Positions 52,279-62,082 of a DNA stretch of 64,000 nt are shown piece by piece. The notes under the pieces were generated by a model, which was given only the letters and a program-made list of their open reading frames with translations, did not search any database and was not told the origin of the DNA. This DNA comes from Bacteroidota bacterium (GTDB lineage: Bacteria > Bacteroidota > Bacteroidia > J057), in contig JBCBPW010000003.1 of NCBI GenBank assembly GCA_039820545.1, positions 6,938-70,937 of the forward strand, in the 5' to 3' direction. Made by a program: the position numbers and the translations under genes. The number at the start of each line of letters is the position of its first letter. Position 1 is the stretch's first letter.

Positions 52279-54324
52279 ATGCGTAACGTTTATACCCTCT
52301 TATTTTTGCTGATGGGAGCGGCGGTTGCTTTTGCTCAGCAAAAGCCGTTCACTCCTACCAAAGGCGTCGATGCTCAGGTCCTCCGATTCTCTCATCGTGG
52401 AATCAATGGGCCAGATACAGCTTCTTTTGATCCTTCCCTGAAGCCTTTTTATCACGGAGTAGCCTCTGGTGATCCTTTGGAAGATGCAGTAGTCATCTGG
52501 ACACGTGTCACCCCTGAATCCTCCCATGATACCACCATCAATGTCTACTGGCACATGGCGACAGATACAGGTATGCAGAATGTGGTGGCATTTGGCACAA
52601 AATCAACCAACCAGGATTTTGATTATACCATTAAAATAGATGTAGACGATCTCGCGCCTAATACGACTTACTACTATGAGTTTGAAACGGGAGGCGTTCG
52701 TTCTATTCGTGGTCGTACACGTACAGCTTCTACAGGTGCCACGGAGAACCATCTTAGATTTGCGGTTGTCTCCTGCTCCAACTACGAAGCGGGTTACTTC
52801 AACGCCTATGCCCGCATAGCGGATCGCAACGATTTGGCCGCTGTCATCCATCTGGGAGATTATATTTATGAGTACCCTACCAATGTATATGGAGACACTT
52901 CCTTGATCGACCGCCGGCATGGCGACTTCGAGACTGTCTCTACTGGAGAGTATCGCTCACGCTACTCCCTCTATCGTCTGGACCCAGACTTGCGTCGTGC
53001 GCACCAGCAGCATCCCTTCATCAATGTGTGGGATGATCACGAGACGGCCAATGATGCATGGAATGGGGGAGCAGAGAACCATACAGATTCTACAGAGGGG
53101 GAGTGGAATATCCGCAAAAGAATGGCGCGTAAAGCCTACTACGAATGGATTCCCATTCGTGAAAATGAATTTGATTCTGCGATTATTTATCGTTCGTTTG
53201 AATATGGAGATCTTCTCGATGTGATCATGCTGGATACACGTATTGTAGGTCGGGACTCTCAGATCAATGATGTACTGGCACCTGCACTCTATGATCCCAA
53301 TCGCACGATCCTGGGTGAGACCCAGCGTAGCTGGTTACTAGATAAGTTGGACAACTCCAATGCTAAATGGCATATCATTGGGAATCAGGTCATCTTCTCT
53401 CAACTGTATGTGGGCTGGTCTGCACTTGGTGACACGACACAGACACCTGCAGAAGTAGAAAGCGCGGTACTTGACATCTGGGATGGGTATCCTATAGAGC
53501 GATTGAATTTGATCAACTATTTGCGTGACAACGACATCGACAATACGGTCTTTGTGACGGGAGACTTCCACAGCACCTTTGCTTTTGACGTGGCAGACAC
53601 TGTGCTGAGTGAAGACCCATTGTCACTCTATGGAGAGGTCGAAAACTACGATCCTGTCACAGGCGATGGTTCGGTGGCTGTAGAGTTTGCAACGCCTTCG
53701 ATTTCTGCGGCAAACTTTGACGAGAACTTTGGGGCGTTGCTATCTGCGGGCTTTGAGTTTCAGATCAATCAGCCTATCGGTGCCCTGCCTTATGACAACA
53801 ATCCCAACCCCCACATGAAAAATGTAGATCTGGATCAGCATGGATACACCATTGTAGATGTCCGTGACGACAGCGTACAGGCCAATTGGTACTATGTAGA
53901 CCGTCTGGATGAAGTCAGCGCTGTGGAGGAGTTTGGAGCAGCTTACTACACCAAGGATGGAAACAACCATCTGACAAGAGGGCAAGAAAGTCCCATCAAG
54001 GCGCAGCAAGAAATCCCCGCACCTGCTTCTCCTAGATTCATCCCCACCAGGATCGAAGGGGTACAATCATTCGCGGTGATGGGTATTTATCCAAATCCTG
54101 CACAGGACTACTTCGTGATGCAATACGCTTTGGAGAAATCTGAATGGGTACAAATGAATCTAGTCGATCTGCAAGGTCGTGTCGTCAGCACTTTGGTCAA
54201 TGAGTTGCAGATCAGTGGGGTGTATGAGATGGATGTAGATGTGTCCCAGTTGGCAGCAGGCATCTATCTGTTGCAAGGTCAGGTAGGGAAGCAGCGATTG
54301 GATTACAAGGTCATTGTGAAGTAG
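52279..54324 (+). CDS. PhoD-family alkaline phosphatase/phosphodiesterase with T9SS C-terminal sorting domain
   Basis: FYHGVASGDPLEDAVVIWTRV N-terminal PhoD motif. Metallophosphatase motifs HLGDYIYE and VWDDHE. C-terminal tail IYPNPAQDYFVMQY...GIYLLQG...KVIVK. Confidence 0.85.
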   Translation: MRNVYTLLFLLMGAAVAFAQQKPFTPTKGVDAQVLRFSHRGINGPDTASFDPSLKPFYHGVASGDPLEDAVVIWTRVTPESSHDTTINVYWHMATDTGMQNVVAFGTKSTNQDFDYTIKIDVDDLAPNTTYYYEFETGGVRSIRGRTRTASTGATENHLRFAVVSCSNYEAGYFNAYARIADRNDLAAVIHLGDYIYEYPTNVYGDTSLIDRRHGDFETVSTGEYRSRYSLYRLDPDLRRAHQQHPFINVWDDHETANDAWNGGAENHTDSTEGEWNIRKRMARKAYYEWIPIRENEFDSAIIYRSFEYGDLLDVIMLDTRIVGRDSQINDVLAPALYDPNRTILGETQRSWLLDKLDNSNAKWHIIGNQVIFSQLYVGWSALGDTTQTPAEVESAVLDIWDGYPIERLNLINYLRDNDIDNTVFVTGDFHSTFAFDVADTVLSEDPLSLYGEVENYDPVTGDGSVAVEFATPSISAANFDENFGALLSAGFEFQINQPIGALPYDNNPNPHMKNVDLDQHGYTIVDVRDDSVQANWYYVDRLDEVSAVEEFGAAYYTKDGNNHLTRGQESPIKAQQEIPAPASPRFIPTRIEGVQSFAVMGIYPNPAQDYFVMQYALEKSEWVQMNLVDLQGRVVSTLVNELQISGVYEMDVDVSQLAAGIYLLQGQVGKQRLDYKVIVK

Positions 54325-54390
54325 GGCAAAGTTTCGTTTTGCATTGCCATCTGTCTACCGACTTAGATTCTGTAATTGTCCATTACAATA

Positions 54391-54427
54391 AAAAATCCCT
54401 CTCAGTGTAGGTCTGAGAGGGATTTTT
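54391..54427. terminator. bidirectional rho-independent terminator
   Basis: aaaaatccctctcag-tgtaggt-ctgagagggattttt. The stem is flanked by an A-run and a T-run and lies between convergent genes. Confidence 0.7.
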
Positions 54428-54442
54428 GGGATAAAAGATGTT

Positions 54443-54979
54443 TCATACCAATTCCTTTTCTGGTGCAGGATCTGTTTTCTTGAGGATAAGAGCAGAGATA
54501 AGGGAAATAATCAATCCTACAGGGAAAATCTCCATAAATGTGATACCTGCTTTGAAGAAAGGGTTTTTATATATCTCCATAGATTGTGCAATCTCTTCCA
54601 TTGCTGCTTGAATCTCTACTTCGGTAGCACCATCGCTTTTGAGATTCTCTAGGTATTGCTGTGCGTACTGCTCCATAAAATCTGGGGGAGAAAGAATCAT
54701 CCAACCTGTGGTATACAAGACGCCTGCAATGGCAGCAATCAACAATCCCATGACCAATGCCTTACCAAAAGTGATACGCCCGCCTAGTTCATGGTCGCGA
54801 TAAGAGCGGATACCAAAGAAGATCGTAGAGAGTGCGACCGCCATGATTGTATATCCAAATAGCTCGCTGCGTGTAAAGCTCAATGACTCAAGATCTGAGA
54901 ACAATGCGATAGGGATGAGCATAGAAAGTACTACAATGGCACCACCAATTAGTCCGAATGTTATTCCTTTTTTCCACAT
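54443..54979 (-). CDS. small 4-TM membrane protein (DUF4199-like)
   Basis: Four hydrophobic segments with a central amphipathic region. The size and layout are typical of Bacteroidota DUF4199 proteins. The call is by eye. Confidence 0.5.
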   Translation of the reverse strand: MWKKGITFGLIGGAIVVLSMLIPIALFSDLESLSFTRSELFGYTIMAVALSTIFFGIRSYRDHELGGRITFGKALVMGLLIAAIAGVLYTTGWMILSPPDFMEQYAQQYLENLKSDGATEVEIQAAMEEIAQSMEIYKNPFFKAGITFMEIFPVGLIISLISALILKKTDPAPEKELV

Positions 54980-55171
54980 AATGAATCCATGTTTTTAGGT
55001 GAATCAAAGTCAGAGAATTTGTTTTCTCGACAGCAGCAAATGAGCAAATCCTCTTGCAAAATTCGGTCATACTAAAGTATGATTTGGGAGAATGAGCTGA
55101 AAATCACCCTTTAGGATGAGTAGTTAGCGTACTCATACCTTTGTCTAAATCTAGCTGGAATTGATTGATGA

Positions 55172-55603
55172 TCAGATGATTTGTAGCTCTTGTGCTTTTT
55201 GGAGGGCTTGCGTTCGTCGCTTGACATCGAGTTTTTGGTAGAGATTGCTCGCATGTGTCTTGACCGTATGGATGGAAATGTACAACTGGTCAGCAATCTC
55301 CTGATTGGAGAGTCCTTTTGCCATCAATTGTAACACTTCAAACTCTCGCTCACTGATTCCCAAATCTAAGTAGGAGATCGTGGGGGGAATGGCAGGTACG
55401 ACTTGAGGAGAAATAGTAGTCAACTCTTTTCGTTGCATATACTTCAGTCCCATCCATATACCGAGTCCAGTACAGATGACCGCAATCAAACCCAGATAAG
55501 CTTCGACGGGAAGACTCTTCACGACATAGCGGTACTCCAACCACTTCATGATACCAATGAGCACGGCCACGCTGATTCCATATATCAAAATGCTCTTACG
55601 CAT
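55172..55603 (-). CDS. membrane-anchored LuxR-family HTH regulator
   Basis: Two N-terminal TM segments, then ISEREFEVLQLMAKGLSNQEIADQLYISIHTVKTHASNLYQKL. The start is taken at ATG 55603, because the tracked 55618 start is a TTG. Confidence 0.8.
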   Translation of the reverse strand: MRKSILIYGISVAVLIGIMKWLEYRYVVKSLPVEAYLGLIAVICTGLGIWMGLKYMQRKELTTISPQVVPAIPPTISYLDLGISEREFEVLQLMAKGLSNQEIADQLYISIHTVKTHASNLYQKLDVKRRTQALQKAQELQII

Positions 55604-55633
55604 AGCACAAAAGTACAAAATATGATGCGAAAT

Positions 55634-55660
55634 GTAGAACCACCGCCACAGCGTGGTCCC
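55634..55660 (+). repeat. GTAGRR-CCACCGCCA hairpin element (copy 2)
   Basis: gtagaaccaccgccacagcgtggtccc, abutting the distal ggt 3' repeat unit. Confidence 0.4.
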
Positions 55661-55664
55661 GCCG

Positions 55665-55844
55665 GCGCCAACCTCCCCTTGGTGCTAAATCAATATCCCA
55701 TAGCCGCATCATCTCCACGAGGGTCTGCGCCCGCTTCCAACTTCCCGTCAGCCAGCGCCAACGTCCCGTTGGTGCTAAATCAATATCCCATAGCTGTATC
55801 ATCCCCTCGGGGATCGGCTCCCGCTTCCAACTTCCCGTCAGGAC
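55665..55844 (-). repeat. 2 x 90-bp tandem duplication of the ggt 3' coding end plus 3' flank
   Basis: Units 55665..55754 and 55755..55844. 76 of 86 aligned core positions are identical. Each unit contains ...DGKLEAGADPRGDD(T/A)AMGY-TGA plus a short hairpin. Confidence 0.9.
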
Positions 55845-57495
55845 GTTTCCAGATGGCATCCACGCGACCGATGCTGCCGCGTTTGTAGATCTTATGTCCC
55901 AGTGCTTCCAGCTTCGCTTCGTCGCGCAGGGAAAAGGTAGTTGCCTCCTTGAAAATCGTATCGGGACGCCATTGATGGTGGAAGCGAGGAGCGGAGACGG
56001 AGGCTTGCATGGAGAACTGAAATTCATGGACATTGAGGATATTTTGAAAGACTGAGGTAATGATGGTAGAACCTCCAGGCGTACCCACTACCATGTAGAG
56101 GTCATTGTTGCGGGTGAGAATGGTAGGGGTCATGCTAGAGAGCATGCGTTTGCCAGGCTGGATGGCATTGGCTTCTGCACCGAGCAGCCCAAACTTATTC
56201 GGAACACCTGGCTTGGAGCTAAAGTCATCCATTTCATTATTCAAGAAGAATCCCATGCCTCCCACCACGACGCAGGACCCATAAGAACCATTGAGTGTAG
56301 TCGTCAATGAAACGGCATTTCCCATAGAATCTACGATTGAGAAATGGGTGGTCGCTTCACTTTCTACAAACTGTCCGGCAGCGATTTTCTGACTCACACT
56401 TGCGGCAAAAGGATCAAAGTCTGACATCCTTTTGCGTACATAGGCTGTATCGATCAGATTTTCGATAGGGACAGGATAATAGTCAGGATCACCTAAGTGC
56501 GTAGCGCGATCGGCATAGGCCCTTCTTTCTGCCTCTACCATGAGGTGGATGGTACGGTTATCATGCCAACCCCATTGTGCCAGGGGATAAGGCTCGACGC
56601 TATGCAGCATCTGAAGGAGGGCGATTCCTCCGCTCGAAGGAGGAGGCATAGAGATCACCCGTAGATCGCGATAGCTTCCGCTGATGGGTTTTCGCCAGAT
56701 GGCTTGGTAGTTTTTGAGGTCTTCTAGGGTGATTAAGCCTCCGCCTCGCTGCATTTCTGCGACGATGCTATCGGCCACTGGTCCTTCGTAGAACCCTTGA
56801 GACTTTTGATCGCGAATCAGATTGAGCGTCTTGGCCAATCCGGTGTGTTGGATGACGTCTCCAGCTTGCCAGTTTTCTTTTTGTGTGTAGGCATTGGGGC
56901 GCGTGTTATGATCCTGGATGTAAGTCCATTTTTCGTTGAGCATCTTTGCCTCTTTCTCTGTCAGCGTCACGCCTTGCAGCGCAATATCCACCGCAGGCTG
57001 CACCAATTCTTCCCAGGGAAGGGTGCCTAGGGAATCATGCAGGGCTTGCATACCTGCAACCGAGCCAGGAACACCTACCGCCATGTGCCCAAACCAACTG
57101 AGATCTTCGACGATGGCTCCCGTGGAATCTACATACATGTCGCGCGAAGCGCCAGCAGGGGCCATCTCCCGAAAGTCCAGCGCAAAGGTGCGTCCTTTGG
57201 CATTGCGGGCGACCATGAAGCCACCTCCACCGATATTACCTGCTGCAGGATATACGACTGCCAGGGCAAACTGCGTGGCAATCGCCGCATCGAAGGCATT
57301 TCCGCCCTTTTTCAATATGTCTAGTCCGACTTGTGTTGCCAAGGGGTGGGCCGTGACGACCATCGCATGGTCCGCTACTAGGCCGATTTCTTGAGGGCTT
57401 CCTACTCGGCAGGATGTAGAGAAGACAGAAAGCATGATCAAAAGTCCCCACAATGTTGTCCAAGGGGAGTGGAAGGGATAAGTCGTTGGGTTCAT
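55780..57495 (-). CDS. ggt: gamma-glutamyltransferase
   Basis: Signal/lipobox-like N-terminus. Autoprocessing and catalytic Thr context SEATTHFSIVD. GGxGG-type motifs (PGGSTIITS). 571 aa. Confidence 0.95.
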   Translation of the reverse strand: MNPTTYPFHSPWTTLWGLLIMLSVFSTSCRVGSPQEIGLVADHAMVVTAHPLATQVGLDILKKGGNAFDAAIATQFALAVVYPAAGNIGGGGFMVARNAKGRTFALDFREMAPAGASRDMYVDSTGAIVEDLSWFGHMAVGVPGSVAGMQALHDSLGTLPWEELVQPAVDIALQGVTLTEKEAKMLNEKWTYIQDHNTRPNAYTQKENWQAGDVIQHTGLAKTLNLIRDQKSQGFYEGPVADSIVAEMQRGGGLITLEDLKNYQAIWRKPISGSYRDLRVISMPPPSSGGIALLQMLHSVEPYPLAQWGWHDNRTIHLMVEAERRAYADRATHLGDPDYYPVPIENLIDTAYVRKRMSDFDPFAASVSQKIAAGQFVESEATTHFSIVDSMGNAVSLTTTLNGSYGSCVVVGGMGFFLNNEMDDFSSKPGVPNKFGLLGAEANAIQPGKRMLSSMTPTILTRNNDLYMVVGTPGGSTIITSVFQNILNVHEFQFSMQASVSAPRFHHQWRPDTIFKEATTFSLRDEAKLEALGHKIYKRGSIGRVDAIWKRPDGKLEAGADPRGDDTAMGY

Positions 57496-58037
57496 GAGCG
57501 TCTATTCAGCCAAATGGCCAAAAGATAATGAAAGATCGGCGCAATTGCCCATGTAAGCGGAGCGAGAAGGGTAATGGATCTGCCATGGACCTGAAAAAGC
57601 TCAGGATTCCACCTGCTTGGGATATATTCCCAGATTCCCCATGCACCCAATATCTCCATGCACAAAGCCGAAGAGATTCCCCATAGGATATAAATGCCCA
57701 GTTCTTTCAATCGAAAAGTCTGGAAGTAGGGAGCGGGGGATAGGAAAATGATCAGCGAGATACCCATCATAAACAATCCACCATCCCAGATCATGTGACT
57801 GATGGGTTGCAGGATAGGGTGAATGGGGAATGAAACGAGCAAACGATAAGGAGGATGTGTAGAAAATTCAGGTCCTGCAAAATACAAAGGCCATTCCCAC
57901 AAGGCTCCGAGTAAGACACCTGCCAGAAAGAGTCGGATGAAGAATAGGGGAATTCGCCTTGTGTACCAGCCCCAAGCAAAAAATGTGAGTAGAAATAGCG
58001 CCACCCACACATCCGTCCAGATTAATCCACTTTGCAT
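57492..58037 (-). CDS. hypothetical polytopic membrane protein, translationally coupled to ggt
   Basis: About six hydrophobic segments. Its stop overlaps the ggt start (ATGA, 57492..57495). Confidence 0.6.
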   Translation of the reverse strand: MQSGLIWTDVWVALFLLTFFAWGWYTRRIPLFFIRLFLAGVLLGALWEWPLYFAGPEFSTHPPYRLLVSFPIHPILQPISHMIWDGGLFMMGISLIIFLSPAPYFQTFRLKELGIYILWGISSALCMEILGAWGIWEYIPSRWNPELFQVHGRSITLLAPLTWAIAPIFHYLLAIWLNRRS

Positions 58038-58250
58038 GACAATATTTTACAATTCTTCACAAGATCTCTACATGCATTTTTCTCCTCTTTCGGAATTTAC
58101 ACGTTTGTAAAAACAGGCATTTGCCTTCCGCACTGATGAATCGTTTCTAATATACAGGTATTTTCATATATTTTGTGGGAAATAGATTGATACGAAAGCG
58201 AGAAGGACATAGAATACGTTTGGAACTTCGAACCTGTTAAAAGTTTGCGC

Positions 58251-58282
58251 TTTAGCTAGATTTTCATTGTCCCAAACATAGG
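58251..58282 (+). promoter_or_regulatory. conserved upstream box (copy upstream of sensor kinase gene)
   Basis: tttagctagattttcattgtcccaaacatagg, ending 9 nt before the tracked TTG start at 58291. Confidence 0.35.
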
Positions 58283-58290
58283 CTTACGCT

Positions 58291-59913
58291 TTGTGTACAT
58301 GGCTCATTTCGTTTAACCACCTTATTCCCTTAATCAAGTTTGGACCTTTGACAAAACCTACACAACAAATCGGAATATGGCTACTATTGGTAGGATTACT
58401 GCCTGTCGCTTTATTTTCCCTAAACCAAGTCAACTCCCTCAATGAAACGGAGCGGGTCCTTAGCCAGCTGTATCAGGAGCAGTTAGAGACACTGATTTTC
58501 TCTGTGAATCAATATGCAGATGATGTCGTCCAAGACTCCTGGATAGGAAAGCTCAATGAAGTGGATATGCGCTGGGAAGGCTGGGATCAGGAGTATTTGG
58601 CGGAGCGTAGAGAGATTGTAGGTTTATTTTTTATGGATATCAATAGTCAAGCGGATCCTACATGGTATGTCAAAGAGGATAAATGGAGTAAGGATCGAAT
58701 AGATGTGGCTCCCATCTTAGCCCCTCATGTAGCGGAGTGGGAAAAGTTGTTTCGCTATCTAGATGCGGGAGGATATCAGAAAAAGGTTCCGCTAAGAATC
58801 CCCAACGATCCCAACCATATGATGTTGGTTTTTGCGCATAGCAAATGGAATGGAAGTCAGACGCTTTGTGGGATCATTTTCGATATAGATAGATTTGTCT
58901 ACGAGCGCATAGGACCTCGCTTGAAGCAATTGGCGCAGGAGCGATTTGTATTCATCGTGCGAAACGACCAAAGTGAGAAGCCTACATTTTTTACCCAAAA
59001 TAATTTTCAGGGGAGTCTCCAGCAGATTAAACCCCTTCAACTCGTGCCCCATTATCAGGTTGAGATGTATGTTACTGATGGTACGATAGAAACGGCCATA
59101 GAAGAAAGGGCTACGCAAAATATGTATTTGATCCTCGGCGTCGGTCTGGTGCTTTTGGTCGGATTGATCATGGTCTTTCGGACGATCCAGCGTCAGCTGA
59201 TGCTGGCGCAGTACAAGGCGGACTTCGTGTCCAATGTATCGCACGAACTACGAACCCCTTTGGCTTTGATCCGCATGTTTGCCGAGACCTTGGAGCTCAA
59301 CCGAATTTCCCAGCCTGAAAAGCGAGAGGAATACGTCAAGATCATTCGTCAGGAATCTGAGCGACTCACAGGCATGGTCAACAAGATCTTGAATTTTTCC
59401 CAGACTGCGGCGCGCAAGCGCCTCTACGATATGGAGGAGGTCGACCTCAACGAGGTTGTGCAATCGGTGATGAATACCTATGAGTTTCACTTGAAGCAAC
59501 ATGGATTCACCTGGGAGATGGAGTTGACCGACGCACCTTCGAGCGTCTGCGTCGATGAAGGGGCCATCGCTGAGGCACTGGTGAACCTGATAGACAACGC
59601 CATCAAGTATTCTCCCGACGAGAAACGTCTGACCATTTCTACTTCGGTGCATGGAAAGCAGGCCCATCTCGCTGTGCAGGATCACGGTATCGGCATTTCT
59701 CCTCAGCATCAAAAAGCAGTCTTCGACAAGTTTTTCCGTGTGACAGAGGGAGAGTTGTACACCGTCAAGGGGACAGGACTAGGACTTGCTTTGGTCAAGC
59801 AAATCATGGATGCACACAAGGGGAAGGTTAAGCTGGAAAGTACAGTAGGAAAAGGAAGTACATTCTCTTTGGTTATCCCCACCTGCGAAAAAACTTCTAA
59901 GGAAGAAAAGTAG
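58291..59913 (+). CDS. membrane sensor histidine kinase
   Basis: Two TM segments flank a ~230-aa periplasmic region. H-box VSHELRTPLALI. DNAIKYS, DHGIGI and GTGLGLALVKQ boxes. The start is uncertain, because there is no in-frame ATG before TM1; candidates are TTG 58291 and TTG 58348. Confidence 0.85.
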   Translation: MCTWLISFNHLIPLIKFGPLTKPTQQIGIWLLLVGLLPVALFSLNQVNSLNETERVLSQLYQEQLETLIFSVNQYADDVVQDSWIGKLNEVDMRWEGWDQEYLAERREIVGLFFMDINSQADPTWYVKEDKWSKDRIDVAPILAPHVAEWEKLFRYLDAGGYQKKVPLRIPNDPNHMMLVFAHSKWNGSQTLCGIIFDIDRFVYERIGPRLKQLAQERFVFIVRNDQSEKPTFFTQNNFQGSLQQIKPLQLVPHYQVEMYVTDGTIETAIEERATQNMYLILGVGLVLLVGLIMVFRTIQRQLMLAQYKADFVSNVSHELRTPLALIRMFAETLELNRISQPEKREEYVKIIRQESERLTGMVNKILNFSQTAARKRLYDMEEVDLNEVVQSVMNTYEFHLKQHGFTWEMELTDAPSSVCVDEGAIAEALVNLIDNAIKYSPDEKRLTISTSVHGKQAHLAVQDHGIGISPQHQKAVFDKFFRVTEGELYTVKGTGLGLALVKQIMDAHKGKVKLESTVGKGSTFSLVIPTCEKTSKEEK

Positions 59914-60023
59914 TATGTGCTGAATTTAGAGGAATGAAATGATGGGTGGAGATATAATCGTACGTAATGACCAGCCGATCACACATTCCATCCAATGTCT
60001 TAACTCAAAAATTATAATTGAAT

Positions 60024-60725
60024 ATGTCGTCACGTATTTTGATTGTGGAAGATGAGCCCTCCATGCGGATGGGATTGACCGATAATCTAGCCTTTGAGGG
60101 CTATGAGGTCGACAGTGCAGGAGATGGAGAGCTGGGGCTGGATTTGGCTTTGAAAAACACCTATGATTTGATTGTATTAGACATCATGCTACCCAAGAAA
60201 TCGGGTTTTGATGTATGCAAAGGCATACGCCAAGTAGATAAGCAGACGCCTATCCTCATGCTTTCTGCCAAAGGAGAAGAAATCGACAAGGTCCTCGGAC
60301 TAGAATTGGGGGCAGATGACTACATGACCAAGCCCTTCGGATTGCGAGAATTGCTGGCCAGAATAAAGGCGATTCTGAGACGCACCCAAAAGTCAGAACC
60401 CGTAGCAGCTCCTAATCTCTCTGTTTTTTCTGTGGGGCCTTTGACAGTCAACTTTGATGCCTACACGGCCCAAGTGGAGGGCAAGGATGTGAAGCTGTCT
60501 CATCGAGCCTATGAAATATTGCAGTATCTCATAGACCATCGAAATGAGGTGGTGAGCCGCGACGATTTATTGCGGGCTGTCTGGGGCTACGACCAGACAC
60601 CTACGACGCGAACAGTAGATAATTTCATCGTCAAGTTGAGACAATTGGTGGAAGAGAATCCTGCAGATCCCAGGCGTATTGTGACGGTACATGGGGTAGG
60701 GTATAAATTGATCATGACAGAGTAG
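60024..60725 (+). CDS. OmpR/PhoB-family response regulator
   Basis: Receiver ILIVEDEP...LIVLDIMLPKKSG...MLSAKG, plus a winged-helix output domain (RAYEILQYLIDHRNEVVSRDDLL...TVHGVGYKL). Confidence 0.95.
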   Translation: MSSRILIVEDEPSMRMGLTDNLAFEGYEVDSAGDGELGLDLALKNTYDLIVLDIMLPKKSGFDVCKGIRQVDKQTPILMLSAKGEEIDKVLGLELGADDYMTKPFGLRELLARIKAILRRTQKSEPVAAPNLSVFSVGPLTVNFDAYTAQVEGKDVKLSHRAYEILQYLIDHRNEVVSRDDLLRAVWGYDQTPTTRTVDNFIVKLRQLVEENPADPRRIVTVHGVGYKLIMTE

Positions 60726-60921
60726 GCCAAGGGTGCTTTTTTTCAGTTTTGACAGGCCTTCTGAAACTTGTGACATTATTTTACATTCTTCCACCTAGAG
60801 GTGACATCTGACGCAGGGGATATGCGTAATTTTATCATAAGCATTAAGGAATTACATAAAGAGAAGCCTTAAGCGTGCCCCTTTATCATTTCGCCCCATG
60901 CTGTACCTAAACAATTAAAGA

Positions 60922-62082
60922 ATGGCTACCTCAATATCCTACACATCGCCCTCAAGAGTATTTGTTATGAAAAGAAACCGTCCCTTCCCCAACTCACTTG
61001 TGACACTTTCTGCTGTTTTGATTGTAGTGGGACTGATGGTCTTGCAGCCTTTCAAGCAAATACCTCCTACAGCTTCTACTAGCCTGATTGTATCAGGTCA
61101 CGGAGATGAGCTAGATGTCAAGTTGGATGGAACATGGGCATTTGCCATTGGGGACCGTCCAGAGTGGTCCAGTCTCAACTATGACGACCGCACATGGGAA
61201 TCTATCCAAGTGCCTGGAAGTTGGGAAAGTCAGGGTTTTGAAGGATATAATGGGCGTGCATGGTACCGCAAACGCTTGGCATTACCCGATTATTTGCAAG
61301 GGCAGAATATTACGCTTCATCTTGGGAAGATCGATGATGTAGACGAAGTCTTTGTCAATGGCGAGTTGGTCGGGAGCACAGGCCAGTTTCCTCCCAACTA
61401 TCGTACAGCCTATGGTGAGGAGCGTGTCTACAAGATTCCCTCAACATTGACAAGATCAGGGGAGCTTTTGATTGCTGTGCGCGTATTTGATTCCGAAAAT
61501 GACGGGGGGATTTTGCATGGTCCGATTGGTCTAAGAATCAATGCCTCTCAAATGGTCGATATTCCGCTAGATGGTGTTTGGCGTTTTTCTGTGGACAGTG
61601 ACAACAAGAAGAGAAAATACCCCTCGGGAGAGTTCAATTGGGTCAACATGAAGGTGCCTGGCAATTGGGAAGCGCAAGGTTTCAGAGGATATGACGGCAT
61701 GGCTTGGTATCAGAGAAATGTAGAAGTACCTGGGTACTTAGCCGATCAAGAGATGGTCTTGTTCCTTGGTAAGATTGATGACATTGACCGTGCATGGATC
61801 AATGGTGTCAAAGTCGGACAGACAGGATCGGTACAGGCTTGGGCTGGCAATATCAACGGCCAGGAGTGGCAGCAGATTCGTGCCTATGCCATACCTGAGG
61901 GCGTCTTGAGACCAGGACAAAATGAAATTACGATCCAAGTATATGATGCTACGGGAGATGGGGGAATATTTGAAGGTCCTGTAGGACTCATTCGCCAGAG
62001 TGGCCTCACGCGTATGCTCAAAAAAGGAGGATATAAAGTGGAACTTCAAGACTATGATCCTGATCGGTACAAGGAGTATTGA
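60922..62082 (+). CDS. exported protein made of two tandem GH2-N-type (galactose-binding-like jelly-roll) domains, no catalytic domain
   Basis: The protein contains two copies of the pattern W..I.VPG.WE.QGF.GY.G.AWY...(L)GKIDD.D...(V/I)NG..VG.TG...GGI. The first runs from WESIQVPGSWESQGFEGYNGRAWYRK and the second from WVNMKVPGNWEAQGFRGYDGMAWYQR. N-terminal anchor or signal sequence. An alternative start is ATG 60967. Confidence 0.65.
   Translation: MATSISYTSPSRVFVMKRNRPFPNSLVTLSAVLIVVGLMVLQPFKQIPPTASTSLIVSGHGDELDVKLDGTWAFAIGDRPEWSSLNYDDRTWESIQVPGSWESQGFEGYNGRAWYRKRLALPDYLQGQNITLHLGKIDDVDEVFVNGELVGSTGQFPPNYRTAYGEERVYKIPSTLTRSGELLIAVRVFDSENDGGILHGPIGLRINASQMVDIPLDGVWRFSVDSDNKKRKYPSGEFNWVNMKVPGNWEAQGFRGYDGMAWYQRNVEVPGYLADQEMVLFLGKIDDIDRAWINGVKVGQTGSVQAWAGNINGQEWQQIRAYAIPEGVLRPGQNEITIQVYDATGDGGIFEGPVGLIRQSGLTRMLKKGGYKVELQDYDPDRYKEY

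Noticed and set aside
55665-55844. Could the 90-bp tandem repeat be a CRISPR array or minisatellite?
   Set aside because: There are only two units, they are contiguous with no spacers, and they clearly derive from the ggt coding end. No cas genes are present in the window. I did not recognise a CRISPR-like repeat-spacer array anywhere in the window.
60770-60807. GTGACAT repeated 31 nt apart downstream of the OmpR-type regulator gene, as a possible response-regulator binding site
   Set aside because: Two copies of a 7-mer are within chance expectation, and the spacing does not match the usual 10-11-bp direct-repeat phasing.
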